56,861 nucleotides of DNA from Rhizaria sp. SCN 62-66 (lineage: Eukaryota), in the NCBI GenBank assembly GCA_001724265.1, contig MEDY01000172.1:1-56861 (forward strand), written 5' to 3'. Below the pieces are notes generated by a model. It saw only the letters and a list, made by a program, of their open reading frames with translations. It did not search any database and had not been told where the DNA came from. A program made the translations under genes and the position numbers. Below, one piece after another: positions 24,701 through 35,786 of the stretch (positions within the stretch are counted from its first letter, which is position 1; the number at the start of each line of letters is the position of its first letter).

Positions 24701-25154
24701 GTTTAGCCGGCGCTCGTCGGTGGCGACGGCGGGCCACAACAGCCCGCGCCACGGCAGCACCGCGAACACGAATACCCACTTCGTCAGCGGCAATCCGGCC
24801 GCTGGCGGCGTCGAGGCGTCACTCATGCGGCGCGGCAGCCCGGGCCCCGGCCACGGACACGGCCCCTTGGGCGCTGGCGCGGCGGGGCTGGCTCGGTCTC
24901 AGTCCCCGGCGCACGCGCACGGGCACACGGTCGGGCACTACAGCAGCAACAGCAGCAGCAGCGCCGCCGGAGTCAATACAGACGGACCGAGCACGGGCTG
25001 GCACGACGCGCTGGGCAGCGCGGCGGGCAACACACTTGAGGCCGCGCGTGCGGCAGCGTTGCAGGCGCTTGTGACTGCGCCGGAGCCCGTTTATGACAGG
25101 TTTGTCAAGAGTCCACGTGCAAGGCACGCCACGCCTGCGCCAGTCCTAGGCTAA
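18789..25154 (+). CDS. Very large (~2120 aa) low-complexity Ala/Ser/Asn/Pro-rich protein, function unknown
   Basis: Uninterrupted 6.4-kb ORF with the same GC-rich codon style as neighbouring genes and AT-rich flanks. First ATG at 18789; ends TAA. No globular domain recognised. Confidence 0.7.
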   Translation: MSTSTSLLTDASFDSLPGALATRVRFASPSPPAVSISASPDPNALAAGTGSGSGAGDDSDGDESDTYSGYVVPATGFAHAPNHHNGRALTPSASGVNSSTISGSNTHRSAAALSNAPGAVALSAASESLLMRAAEKLVTHQNAAKTASALAAAAAAAAAATAAAAAADAAHAAAASDADAATTAANGPAAAASLLSARAPAPRSGPGSLAEWQLQWAQKRDAAAAAATTAAAQAQAQVEAERAAEAEADATSASTSAMTQSKRLGDTNGVNNAVGNGNNSESRSSWKGRTHPALLLGSSNSAAIVTNNSNANASARNDNNSSRSTSLSDAPAAGGQTSSTSLLSVSKVGVPLALGLLGPSLPPHLAEGARFVAPSSSSLLSASANAGDAGCNGNGSLGVTVNDGAAAADAAAVAANTSAAAAAARGGQSPGQKQRSLRSTQKRQTHTPGTIPEIETGVVANNADASARAAPSSPNLSVSNVRVLYPQLRVIVQNQQFHLHLPEEDNGSPFFTHTDAENGDASSNAGSSSARQLQTVRSSGLLYPSARAPSQSHSRTHNLSHSQRQSRHHSDSAVDASAGTATQALTWLQRQANRPPPGYAHGHSAAAVHGHVEFLEPSCHDAFSNTINDSNSNNNSNNNNIISAVPRTAPAAPTAVAGAVPVPASSAVSVQVQTVPGLANGSIAATLLSVDPRALVSAVTVVAAPPAAQPYVLQPSAHGSNRGDNAKTEADTAAVDAEAGTEAESAAVLTSRLPQPPAAGAIGSGLGLTVKVATVTNPHYVLRGVPTTTANNNNNNNTTNNNNSINSFNTRVGSNVSSHVSASSGVLGLTDAPPDVILMSSAPLPMTTSVSVGLSAPTPVCATVAAANGGYGSGSSSSRGSTRHTHGGDCAASGDRAASGDIAPTVAALSARPRCDAAAGGSGGASRGASGSPAPSLSPSRHALLRTLRPPPPASATSAVAVPVGSNSPAAAVTAQSGSPSASAGLTVGPAALAVTVGPGRGLRVIDYSNVESRVGALVLEPARRRNAELDAAMQNGSGATNAGPANNNHTNSSVSRGRTPRVQYTQSRSQALSVLPSAAVVEYEDPMFALVPPPDPSQAPRPHSPRCASLRRPKSQPNPKPSSAAASDALLYQCDCSQSSPEAAAVRLRASVAAAPAAAAAAAGAIVSDARVLGPYSATEAARALGVATVAVALSPGRSAPVRWPLQPVAELRQERDDIASASVALKTDAANATPADAASAAATDDESAAANGAAVSSVKWTDLFAHDCPPPSLSSLSPPLPPATAASAHFVSPLSLRPAPVSPPARPHPPVPLSAAAALALSPTRPSAAPVVTNGAGAGSVAAVAAAAGTATRVRTLSTGVIAATAPATAVVAAAANSPSPHHHHRVHPAPGYGAVAGADLSAGPVFDARLRKTALGAHRELATAVPPSAAAAAATAGLQAAAAVSAAATAPLVTRAAFAVVEAEAARSAFASSAGAGGGELSASNSMAALSGLLGSLGIRTGADGRDGEATAADADTVDNAIANLAATTAPALAGSGFHHGYTAALVQQRARGSNACRQFAPTAGTRRNATAAAMRGVATAGPGKNASSILSGNYNSAGTLRRFKYLEQSKHLRLADSEAQLLSQSHSHAQSQSQQSQPQASLLASMGASALASTYTATGNSYTYNIAGLTKFYNASALQSQHASTDSLTGGLPGLPQSSSPDSGSGAGNAAATTSLAFAGSTSSGRTLSQTHDPASHGQAHGHGGGGVPRVAAAACGPLQAFARAQAQAQLSLDLAARRAREISRAAAAAGGHALSPRAQATAAAAAATAAASAAAATTDAMTLKRGGKSGRNSVVSTGAADEQFTGSPMGPAGTDGAGVNTPPLTAHAWERRRGSTGTTGPAGSTGTDYYTDGAVGSASGRGSVSGAFSPQFAGSRPVPWVDVSSPTAASALTPAPAGLNSSASAHGGATNAAPGSGRASVSGGVAFSRRSSVATAGHNSPRHGSTANTNTHFVSGNPAAGGVEASLMRRGSPGPGHGHGPLGAGAAGLARSQSPAHAHGHTVGHYSSNSSSSAAGVNTDGPSTGWHDALGSAAGNTLEAARAAALQALVTAPEPVYDRFVKSPRARHATPAPVLG

Positions 25155-25617
25155 CTCCCTTAACCCAAAGCAGATTTTTTATTTAGTCTTCATGTTTACA
25201 TATTGCCTATACATAATATATTGGGAATCAGAATCCGCCGTCGTCTGTTAACTTGTTGTGGATGTAGGTTTGTATTGTAGCCACAAGTTACTCTTGTGGC
25301 GCGTCGTCGATGCATTTTTCTAGGACCGTTTAGACGACGGTCGCGTTCATGATAATCCCGCGTTGCAGTAACCGTCAACGGAAATCCGGGGGGTTATTTG
25401 CAATATGAGGCGACTACTCATATTTGTTTGTCTTATTTACGTAGCTACATGTGCTGTATTGACTCTGTGCTGCTTTGTTTTATTACCCACCGGCGATTCT
25501 CTCCTCTCACTATCCCACTTTCTTCCGACACACGTCCACGAATATCCACGCACAGCCAGTCGTTCCAGCAACAGTCATTTCATTACTTGCGCAACTGTTA
25601 CGTTTCTCCCTGCTGTG

Positions 25618-28600
25618 ATGCCCCTTTCCCGGCCCGCGCTGGCCCCCCGCGGCGGCCGCGGCGGCCTCCGCTCACTGGGCAATCGCCTCATCGTCCTCTG
25701 CGTCGTCGCCGTCGTCGCTCTCTCGCTCTCCGTGAGCGCCCTCACCGCTGCCTCTGACGTCCCCAGTGCGACGGGTACCGCGGAGCCCCCGCGATACAGC
25801 GACGCCGCGTTCGTGCGCGCACAGCTCCGCCGCCTCGTCGCGACCCCACACAACGACTATGGTGCCATCACTAATGCTGGCAAGAACAACAACATCGGCA
25901 GTGCTGCGACTGAGACCGCCGATGCCGCCGCGCCTGTCTCGCTTCGCCAAGCCGCCGCCGCTTCCATGGCCGAGACCCACGCCCGCCTCGAGCCGCTGCT
26001 CCGGCTATTCACCCCTTCCCTCAATGCTCCCACCGCCGCACACAGTAATCGCGGTCGCAAACGCTCCATCGACTCTGAGGCTGAGTCCGAGCCCGAGCCC
26101 GCGGCCGCGGTGGGCGAAGTGTGGTCCCGCGCCCGCGACTGGCTGCTGGGGACGATCACGGTGCCGCCCGAGGTCTCCCGCGTCGTCGCCGCGCTCGTGC
26201 CCGCGCCTTTGCTTGCCGCGCTCTCGCAACCCCGCCAGTCTAGCGTGACCGTGGGCAGCGGCACGGAGGGCGAGAGCGAGAGTGAGAGTGCGAGGGCGGT
26301 GGGCGTAGTCAGCGAATGGCTGCGGCAGCAGTGGCTCCACCTCAACGGCGCTCCTGACACTGAGCCTGACACCCAGGCGAGCACGATGAGTAGCAGCAAC
26401 AACGATGGAAATGGCGAGGCTGAGGCTGCTCGTGCTGTGCGCTTCCTGCTGCAGTCCACCGTTGATGGCACCACTGCTTCTGGCGATCTTGACAGCATTG
26501 CTCTCGCGCTCAAGTCTGTTTCTGGTGATGTAAGTGCCTCCTCTGGTCTAAGTACCTCCCGCCATATCGACCCTCTGGCGCACCTAGTCTTCCCCGACTC
26601 GGACATCGACGGAGACGTCGAAGAGTCACACCACGCGCCTGCGACTGCGGCCCGGGCCCAAGCTGCGCCAGCATTGCACCGCCGCCCCAAGCTCAGTAGC
26701 AAAGCCAGCGCTGTCGACCACTTGACCGCGAAGCGCAGTCGTAGCAGCTCCAAGGACGGCGACGCGCTCGGTGGCCAGGGCTACTTTTCGCCCAAGGGCC
26801 ACCTGCCCAAAGGGTACTTACATCACGTCGACGTCTCCCGTCTTAAGGCCGTCTCCAAGTCCGTGACCACGGCGCCCGCAGTCTTCTACTCCCGCCCCGC
26901 CCGCGCCGCCCGCGCCACTGGTGCCGCTGGTGCCGCTGGGTTCGCGGCGCTCGCGGGCGCGGACGCGGAGCCCGACAGCGAGTTCGACTTCGTCGAGTTC
27001 CCCGCGGTCGAGGCCACGGTGGTGTACCCCGGCGCGCGGGCCTGGTCCGCGGGCGAGGCCTTTCCCTGCAATCAAGGCCGTCTCACCACGGCCACCAAGC
27101 AAGAATGGCAGAACAACGGCACCGTCGTCGACCAGGCCGCCGCCGAGGCCGTGCTCGCCACGCCCGCGCGCGCAAACAACTACTTAGACGATGTAAGTAC
27201 CTCCGAAGGGTTTGCCGTGCCGGCGTGCACGCAGGTGTCGTTCTTTGCCAACGAGACGTGGCTGGGGAACTACCTGCCCACGATCCTCAGCCCAGAGCAG
27301 ATCGCCGAGCTGGAAGGTAAGCCGCGACTCGACTTTATGCAGGCCGTGTGCGCGGTGGTGGACGCGCGATCCCCGCCCGACTCGACGACGGTGACGACGA
27401 CCAACCGCGCCGCAACGCTGTCGGTCACCGACCGCGACATGTGCACGCGCTGGCGCCAGTGTTCTGCACACGCGCTTATCGCGCACTACAACTACGAGAC
27501 GAGCGTGTGTCTGTGCCCCTACGACGCGGGCGGCTTGCTGTGCGCGAACCCGCGCCGCACGCACTGCTCGGCGCCGCTTGTGGCCCCCGCGCCGGCCGCT
27601 CTGGAGTGCGACATCGCGGCGCCCGCGTCGGCGCACTGGCCCGCCAGCTTCGGCAACAACTACGACGCCGAGCTCTTCGGCCCCAAGCCTTGCCACCGCT
27701 TCTACCCCGTCTCCGCGCAGCCCGCGGACGTGCCGCTCGCGCCTGGGCTGTCCCCCGCCGACGCCGGAGCTGCGCGCGGGACGCTGCGCCTCACGAGCCG
27801 CCCGCAGTGCGCGTTCGGCGCGAGCGCCGACGACACGACCACAGTGACTCCGATCCAAGGCGTGTCGCAGTACGTGCAACGCGTGCTCGCGCTCGACGGG
27901 TACACATGGGACACGGCGTACAACTTCACCTACTACGCGTTCCGGCCCGCCGACAACAGCTCAGAGGCCTCCGAGGCGCGCAGGGACGACCCCGACGCCG
28001 TGGCGCCACTCTTCGCCATCTCGGCCCGCAGGGACCCCGTCACGGGAGTACGTCGAATCGAGAAAACAAGTAACACATTTACGGCATATTTCGTGATATT
28101 ATTTTCTATAATTAACATCTTACATGTAATATGGCAGATCTGCCATATTTCATTCTTTCAAATCGGAGTTATTCGTCTAACTCACATATTTCCTTTGTTC
28201 TATCTTGTTTTGTCCTCTTCTGCTCCCTTAGATCCAGGACCCTACACTGCCCGCGGCGGCCTACGCCTACACGGCAAAGGTGCTGGACATGAACCGCATC
28301 ACGTCACTGGCCGTCTCGGCCTCCGCGGAGCTCACGCCGGCCATGCTCTCGGCCCTCGACCCCGTCGTGGGGCCCGAGGTCGCTCTCTCCCTCACTGAGG
28401 CCCACGCACGCGGCCTGACTTCCGGCGGCGGCCTCAACGCTGGCGGGCGCATCCACGTCCAGGCCGCGGTTGCGGTCGTGATCGTCGCCGCGCCGGCCGG
28501 CGGCGGCGCCGACACCAGCGCGCGCCGTGCCGCGCGGTTTAACGCCGAGGACCGCGTGCGGCTTAGTTTCGAGGACATGGATTACAACCCCGGAGGCGCG

Positions 28601-28885
28601 CGCGGGGACAAGTTCAGTGACACAGACAAGTGGATCGTCATCTCGGTCTGTGTCGCCGTGGGCATCATCGCCATCATCGTCGTCAAGCTGCTGCTCAAGC
28701 GCAAGGAGCGGCGCTACTTCGAGCGCGCCCGCCGTGACGCCGCGCGCGCAGACGCCGAGACCGCCGCCATGCGGGCCACCGCGGGGGCCAGCGCAGTCGC
28801 GCCGGCGGCCGCGGCGCTCGAGGCGGAGGCGGGCGCCGGTGTCGCTGGACAGCAGGGCGTTAGCACACCGGCGACGGTGCAGTGA
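25618..28885 (+). CDS. Type I membrane protein with signal peptide, an EGF-like Cys cluster and a C-terminal TM
   Basis: Exons 25618-28047 and 28232-28885; phase-0 intron GTACGT...CTTAG. Hydrophobic leader LIVLCVVAVVALSLSVSA; C..C...CLCPYDAGGLLC EGF-like motif; TM WIVISVCVAVGIIAIIVVKLLL followed by KRKERR. Ends TGA. Confidence 0.7.
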
Positions 28886-29463
28886 GCTGATGCGCGTTGC
28901 TGTTGATGCTGTGCATTTGAGTGGTTCAAGCTCGGCTTTGCTGTGAAGTTTTGTTGTAGGGCCAATGTGACGTTATTTTTATGAAACACCATAATGTGAG
29001 ACTATTTTTATGTGATTCATAAAGTGATTAGATTTCATAATCAAGCTTTATCAGTCTGTCTTCGTCACGTGTGCGTGTACGAAGTTGTCGTGTCCCACTC
29101 GCGAACCGACGGTGATTCTTACTTTCAGATTATTATTGATACAATAGCTTTCTATCTGTCAACCTAGGATGAGCAATATCGCATGAAACTTCCGTCTATC
29201 GACGCCAGTAGAGCGCACCGGTCTGCTGACAAGTCGATCTGTTAAATTTGCGATTGAATTGAATAAATTGTTTATTGGGCTATCTAAATACATTCGCGAT
29301 GAGGAGCCGTGGTAGATGCGCATACAAGTAGCTTCGGTATGACCACCCGCCCGGCACTCACATCCAACCAAAGCATTGCCACGCAGAGCGACGCAACGCA
29401 AGACAGAGTAGCAGTTTTGTAGTTGTGTAAGTGTGTGTGTGTAGGTGTGTGCCGTGCGCGTCC

Positions 29464-30206
29464 TTACATCTTGGCCTCGACGTACGAGGACACGACGTAG
29501 TACATGGACACGAGCGCCGCAAGCGCAAGCACAGGCGCGTGGTGGGGCGCGTTCCAGAGCAGCAGCGCGAGGCCCCAGAAGGAGAGCGCGGAACCCAGGT
29601 ACTGCGGATGCGGGACGGAGTTGAAGGGGAAGCCGTGGTACCAAGGCACGGTCTTGCCGAGGCGCGTGCCGTAGTAGACGCCGTTGACGCCAATAGCCTT
29701 GTAGACGGCGGCGTTAAGGAACTGGCCGGCGCCGAAGAGGGCCGCGGCGACGACAAACCGCGGAAGAGTCATGGCCGAGAGCATCGTAGGACCGAGGTAA
29801 AGGTAGTAGAAGAAGAGCGAGGTGAACTGCACGGCCTTGATGGCGTAGGCCGTCTGAGAGAACACCTCGACGGGGTCGCGCTTGGGGCCGTACTGCTGCT
29901 CCACAATCTGCGAGGAAGACAGCAACGCAGCAGAGAGTGGGAGAAACAGAGCAAGGAGAAAAGAAAGACAAGAGAGAAGAAGGGAGTTTAAGTTGAAGCG
30001 AGTGAGCGCCGGCGTGACCATGGCATGACTGATGAACGCGAATCGAGATGAAGGTCAGATTACGTAATGGGAAACCACGGTTTGTTCATGTTCATTGTGG
30101 TTATGTGTACCTTCATGAACTTCTTGGACTGGGTCCAGACGAAGTAGTAATAGACGTGAGGGATCGCGAAGATAGCCGCGATGAGCAAGAAAACACCGTC
30201 GAACAT
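29464..30206 (-). CDS. Phospholipid N-methyltransferase (plant PLMT-type, PEMT family)
   Basis: Exons 30206-30111 and 29907-29464; phase-0 intron GTACAC...CGCAG. Motifs GQFLN..VYK.IG..GVYYG.RLGK.VPW...FPF...PHPQYLGS match PLMT/PEMT. 179 aa; ends TAA. Confidence 0.85.
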
Positions 30207-31060
30207 GGCGGACCTTTCTATATGGAGGCGAAGACCAGGATCATAGAACATAGTAGGTGTGAAATGCCGTAAAATCAAACACCCAACGAAATCCCATTGA
30301 TTAATGCCCTGTACAGCACTAAATGCAATGGCACGGACAAGCTTGCGCAAGTGCTGACTGACACAATCCACCAGGCAGATTCAACGTTATAAACACAACC
30401 TCATCAAAAACTCATTTTGAATATGTAAAGACGCTCGTTGTACAAAATGTGTGAATAAGCTCATATCGCTATCAACGGACGATGTGCATTACATGAGCCA
30501 TGCAAAAGATTGCTGCCTTAGCCGTCAACCACTGCCCAAACTTGCCACACTCAAATAATTATCACTACTCTCTCTCAGACTCACATATGAGCACAGATCG
30601 ATATATATCACGCATCATAGCACTCCTGTCACCATGAACCTAGTTCCACCTTTGCCACTACCCTTGCTGAGAGAATATTACAACAGAAATGTATTAAATT
30701 ACAAACACAACACGCGTGCATGCATGCAAATCTTCACCCCTGGTGTTACGCCAAGCTCGATACGTACTGCGCGCGGTGGTCTTTAGCTAGTCCACGTAAC
30801 TAATAGACACACGCACAAACAGTACGCATCTACAAAACACCCATGCATATACATACACCGATCCTCCTTCATAAGGTCGAAAAACTCAAAAGAAACAAAA
30901 CAAAACGGGGGGAAATGAAAAGAACTCAAATCTACATTAGTACAACACACCACAGCGACTCCAATCGGGACACACACCAACTTGGCTCTGCACCAACACA
31001 ACACACGGCTATTTGCACTGCCCGCGACTGCAACGGCGAACGGTACTTAGAAGAAGGCAC

Positions 31061-32315
31061 TTAGAAGAAGGCGTTCATGCCCTTGCTGCTACTGGTCGTG
31101 GTCTTGACGGGGGTGACGTTGACGTGGCCCGCGGCCGCCGCCGCCGCGCCCGCGGCCGCCGTGACGATGTTTGCGCTGGGGTGGCTGCCGCCGCCGCCCT
31201 GCATCGGGACGACGATGCGGCCGCCCGCGCCGGCGCCGACACCGGCGCCACGCGTGAACCGCGAGTAGACGCCCTGCGAGCGCCAGTAGCGGCCAGAGTC
31301 GAGCAGCTTCTGGCACATCATCTCCGTCGCCGTGAGCTTGTCGTGGAAGGCGGCGGTCTCGAGAGCGTGCGCGAGCGCGTCGTCGTGCGCGGCGCGTTGC
31401 GCGTCCTCGAGCGAGTGCTCCAGGGACGCAACGTGCTCCTTGTAGGCCAGCAGCGCCGTCTGCGAGTTGACGTACTGTTCGCACTTGCGCTGCAGCGCCG
31501 ACTTGAACGACGCGTTCTGGTCCTTGAGCTGCCGGATCATCGCCGCCGCCTCGGACGGGGACAGCTTCATGCGCTGGCCGCCCGCAACGGCGCCAGCTGC
31601 GCCGGCGGTGGCGGTGGCGGCAGCGGACGCAGAGGCCTCCTTGTTGTCGTCGGCGGTGTCGTCGTCGGAGCTCGCCCCGGCGGCCGCGGCCTCGGCCTCG
31701 ACCTCCTCGACCCACCCGGCGCCGTGGCGCGACTTAAGCCGCTTGATGAGCCGCTCGGCCTTGCTGGCGCGCGCGGCGGCGTCCTCGCGGGCGGCGTCGA
31801 GCGCCGCGCGCTCCGCCTCGGCCTCGGCCAGCGACGCCTTGAGCGCCAGCAGGCGCGCGCGCGTCTCCTCGCCGTCGCGGCGCGCGTCGTCAAGCTCGCT
31901 GCTGCGCTCCTGCTCATGCAACGCGCGCTTCTGCTCAGTTAGCTTCGCGCGCTCCTCCTCGTCGCGCACGCGCCGCTCGGCCTCGTCGCGCGCCTCGGTC
32001 GCCTCGGCCACCGCGGCCTCGAGCCGCGCGATCTTGCCCGCCGCGTCTTCGCTCGCAGCGTCGGCCGCCGCGCGCGCGGCCTCGAGCTGTGCGCGCGCGT
32101 CCTCGGCGTCGCGCCGCGCGGCCTCCAGCTCAGCCTCGAGCGCGTCGTTGACCGAGAGCAGCTCACGTGTGTTCTTGGCCATCGTCAGCGACGACGTGCG
32201 CCGGTCGATCGCGCCGGGGCCCGCGCCCGCCTTACCGCGGCGCGAGAGCCCGCTGACCGTGTCCTCGGCCTCGCCCTCGGCGCCCTCGGCGTCCATGTCG
32301 CCAGTATCATGATCG

Positions 32316-32347
<32 letters not shown>

Positions 32348-33781
32348 GGTGGCCGTGGTGGCCGTGGCGGCGCTGTCGGCGGTGCTTTCGGCGCCCGGCG
32401 AGGCCAGGCCCTCCAGCGCGGCGAAAGCGCCGCTGCCGTTGCTGCCGGGCGAGGCCAGCCCGGCCAGCGCGGCGGCCGCGGCGGCGGCGGCGGCGGCGGC
32501 CTTCTCCTCCTCCTCCTGCGAGAGCAGGTACTTCTTCCAGCCCGGGTGGCCGGCGTTGTCGCGCGCGACACGGGCCACGGCGCCCATGTAGGCCGTCGCC
32601 AGAGGGGCCGGTAGCTGCTCGGGGTCGCCCTTGCACATGCACATGCGGTACGCGGCCACCTCGGCCTCGAGCGCAGTCAGCACGGCCTCCTGTGCGGAGA
32701 TCTTGGCGGCGGCCGTGTTGAGTAGACGCTGGTATTCGGCGGCAGAGCGCTCCTGGTTCTGCTTGGGCTTGTTCTTGATGTTCTTGGCGCGGTTGCCGAA
32801 GCGGATCGTCGAGAGTGTCTCCTCGACGTTGAACTCGCTGGGGGAGCCGGTGATGATGAGCGCCGTCTTGCTATTGCCGCCGAGCGAGTCGGAGAGCAGG
32901 TACGTCAGCTTAGAGTCGCGGTACGGGATGTGCTTCGGGGCGGCCTTGCCATTGGGCCCCGGGGCGGGCGCGGTGGTCAGCGCGTTGATGACGTTGCCCA
33001 GCGCTGAGAGAGACTTGTTGATGTTCTGAGCCTCTTTGAGCCGCTCGCCCTCGGCGCCCGTCTTCGCGATTTTTTCGGAACCGGCGAGGTCGACGAGAGT
33101 GAGCTTAGCGCCGCGCTTGGAGCCCGTGGTGGTGTCCTCCTGTCCGACGGTGATGATGAAGACCGAGTGCGAGCGCGAGGACTCTGCGTTCATGAGCGTG
33201 GCAGACTTGGCGCGGTTGTCGCCACCGGTCTGCATGACCTTGTAGACCTGCTCCGTGGACGAGACGTAGGTCTGCGTAACGTCCTCGATCCACACGCCCG
33301 TGGGCGACTCGCGGATGCGGAGGTTCTGCTTGTCGTGGTCCATCAGGTCGCGGATCTTCTCATTGTAGATCTCGACGTACGAGACCTTGACGGTGAAGTT
33401 GATCGACGCGTCTGAGGCCTGGATGCCCTCGAAGACGGCCTCGACGATGCGCGGAATGATGCCCTTCTGCTCGTCGTCCTTCATGTCGCCCATCATCGAG
33501 TGCGTCTTGCCGGAGCCCGTCTGGCCGTAGGCGAAGATGGTCGCGTTGTAGCCCTGAAAGACGTCCTTGAGGATCGGGATGCCGACGAACTCAAACATCT
33601 CGACCTGGCGGCACGTAGGCGGAAACACGCGGTCGAACGTGAATCGGTGCGGCTTACCGCCGTCCATGATGGTGAAGGCCTGGTCGTTTTCGAACTCGAC
33701 GACGACGTTGTTGCCGTTGTTCTCGGTCATCTCGCGCCGGTTGAGCGGGCGGAACCGCGGAATTACCATAATGTTAGACAT
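31061..33781 (-). CDS. Kinesin-1 (conventional kinesin heavy chain)-like motor
   Basis: N-terminal motor with RFRP, GQTGSGKT P-loop, SSRSH, DLAGSE and HIPYRDSKLT; coiled-coil stalk; tail RIVVPMQGGG resembles the IAK/PLRGGG autoinhibitory motif. Ends TAA. Confidence 0.92.
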
Positions 33782-34864
33782 GGTGGCACAGCTGCACAGA
33801 GTGAAAACGACGAAGGCGTTCTGAAGAGTCCAAAATCAAGGCTGTTGTGTGTGACAAGGTGCGTGAGGAGTGAAGGCTGCTGCAGTTACTGCGTGGTTGT
33901 GGGAACGCGGTGGAGCACACAAGCAGGCAGGGGTGGGCAGAGGCCGCTTCGGTAGACCAAACTGCAACAACACACGCGTACGAGTGCTGACGGAGTGCTA
34001 GCGGGCGCGACAGAGACCTGTAGCCAGGAGAACGCGGCAGCAACTGAGAGTGGCGCGCGCGAGGGGGGGGTGAAGAGGAAAAGGCTGCTTTTGAATGTCG
34101 TTATTGAGCGCATAGAAGATAAAAGTGAGACATTTGTCAATCTAATAGTGGTAAATGCGACTAATACAGGACGCTTTTGCAGTAGCAAAAGTAGTTGTTG
34201 TGTTAAGCGTGGGGATAGTCGCCAGGGCGATAGCGGCGAATAAAGATGGCGTCGCATCAATTCACGACGGCATATAACCAGCATAAAGCTACTATTAGAA
34301 TAGTGAGACAAGAATACAGCACATCCGACAGCAATTGGCATCAGATTCAATTTTGAAGCCAATCGACGATCGAATTCATCACGAAAATTGTATCTCAAAA
34401 GTGTCGTCGTTGGGACTCGGTTGGTGTGTGCAACGGCGGTCGAATCTGTCGGTCAGTTGGTCAGCCAGTGACCGACTCCCACGGTCCTCGCGGCTTAACT
34501 TTAGCTGTGAGCCCAGAGACTTGCGCTGTGGGCTACCTTTCGGAGAGAGTGTTCGGGCTCCCAAGTCGTGCTGTATCTTTTGTTTCCGCGTGAATAGTAT
34601 TTATGTGTTCGGTTCTATTATATATTAGAGCTGCTTGTCTAGCGGACGCGATCCGGGCTCGCGCCGGACCCCCCTCGGATGACTACAGGCCCGCTCTCGA
34701 CACCATCCTCCCAACCGCGCCCGTTGAGCTCCTGCTACGCCCGCTGCTCTGACTCTGAGCCCATATCCTCTCATTCATGCCCACATCCTTTTCTCATCTT
34801 TCCCACATTTTCTCCCCGCGCTCTTCCTCGTTTACGCTCTTGTGCTGTTTGTCCTGTTCGCAGA

Positions 34865-35296
34865 ATGGCTACCGTCAAGGACATTCCCGCTCAGAAGTTC
34901 GTCGCGACCCTCGCGGCCCACCTCAAGAAGTCTGGCAAGTACGAGCTTCCTGCCATGCACGACCTCATCAAGACCGGCTGCCACAAGGAGCTCCCTCCCC
35001 AGGACGCTGACTGGTACTACCTCCGCCTCGCTGCTGTCGTCCGCAAGATCTACCTCAACGGCGGCATGGGCGTCAACTGCCTCGCGCACGCCTTCGGTGG
35101 CAAGTACTGGGCCTCCATGGCCCGCAAGCACCACGGCAAGGCTGCTTCCGGCAACATCCGCTTCGCCGTCCAGGCCCTCGAAGCCGCCAAGCTCATCGGC
35201 AAGAAGGAGGGCCGCACCGGCCGCTTCATTACCGCCGCCGGCCGCCGCGAGCTCGACGTCATCGCCACCACCATGGCCAAGGCTGCCCGCGCGTAA
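34865..35296 (+). CDS. RPS19: 40S ribosomal protein S19 (eS19)
   Basis: MATVKDI...HLKKSGK...KTG..KELPP.D.DWYY.R.A...RKIY...GR.IT..GRRELD.IA; 143 aa; strongly biased codons; ends TAA. Confidence 0.95.
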   Translation: MATVKDIPAQKFVATLAAHLKKSGKYELPAMHDLIKTGCHKELPPQDADWYYLRLAAVVRKIYLNGGMGVNCLAHAFGGKYWASMARKHHGKAASGNIRFAVQALEAAKLIGKKEGRTGRFITAAGRRELDVIATTMAKAARA

Positions 35297-35786
35297 GCAT
35301 GCAAGCAAGTTCTAAAATAGAACTAACTTTTTTTAGGACTCATGCACGCACTCTCTTCTGTGCATGACCTGTAGTGACACACTTACACACAAACAAACGA
35401 TCTCTTCTGAGACACTGCGGGGGTGCGGTCAGGTGACGCGCCCCGGCTGACTACATAATAATACACAAAATCACCAGTTGCGCCACAAACATGCTCGGAT
35501 ACAATATAAACAACATTTAATTGATTGTATTGTGATTCACGATCGCCGATTAAAATTGATTACTTTGCATCACCTGAATAAAATATCCAACGAATTACAC
35601 GTTCAGTACTGAGTAGTGGTTAAGTTCTAGATAGACAAATGCAACTACGCTCCGACACAGCTCACTCCTTCGGTCTTTCACAAGCTACGTTATTACCACA
35701 TAAAGCTCGCTAAAGCAAATCGAGTTTACTCTTGCCGTCGTCGCTGCCAAATACAGCTCATTTGATATGCTTAAATGCATGGTCGT

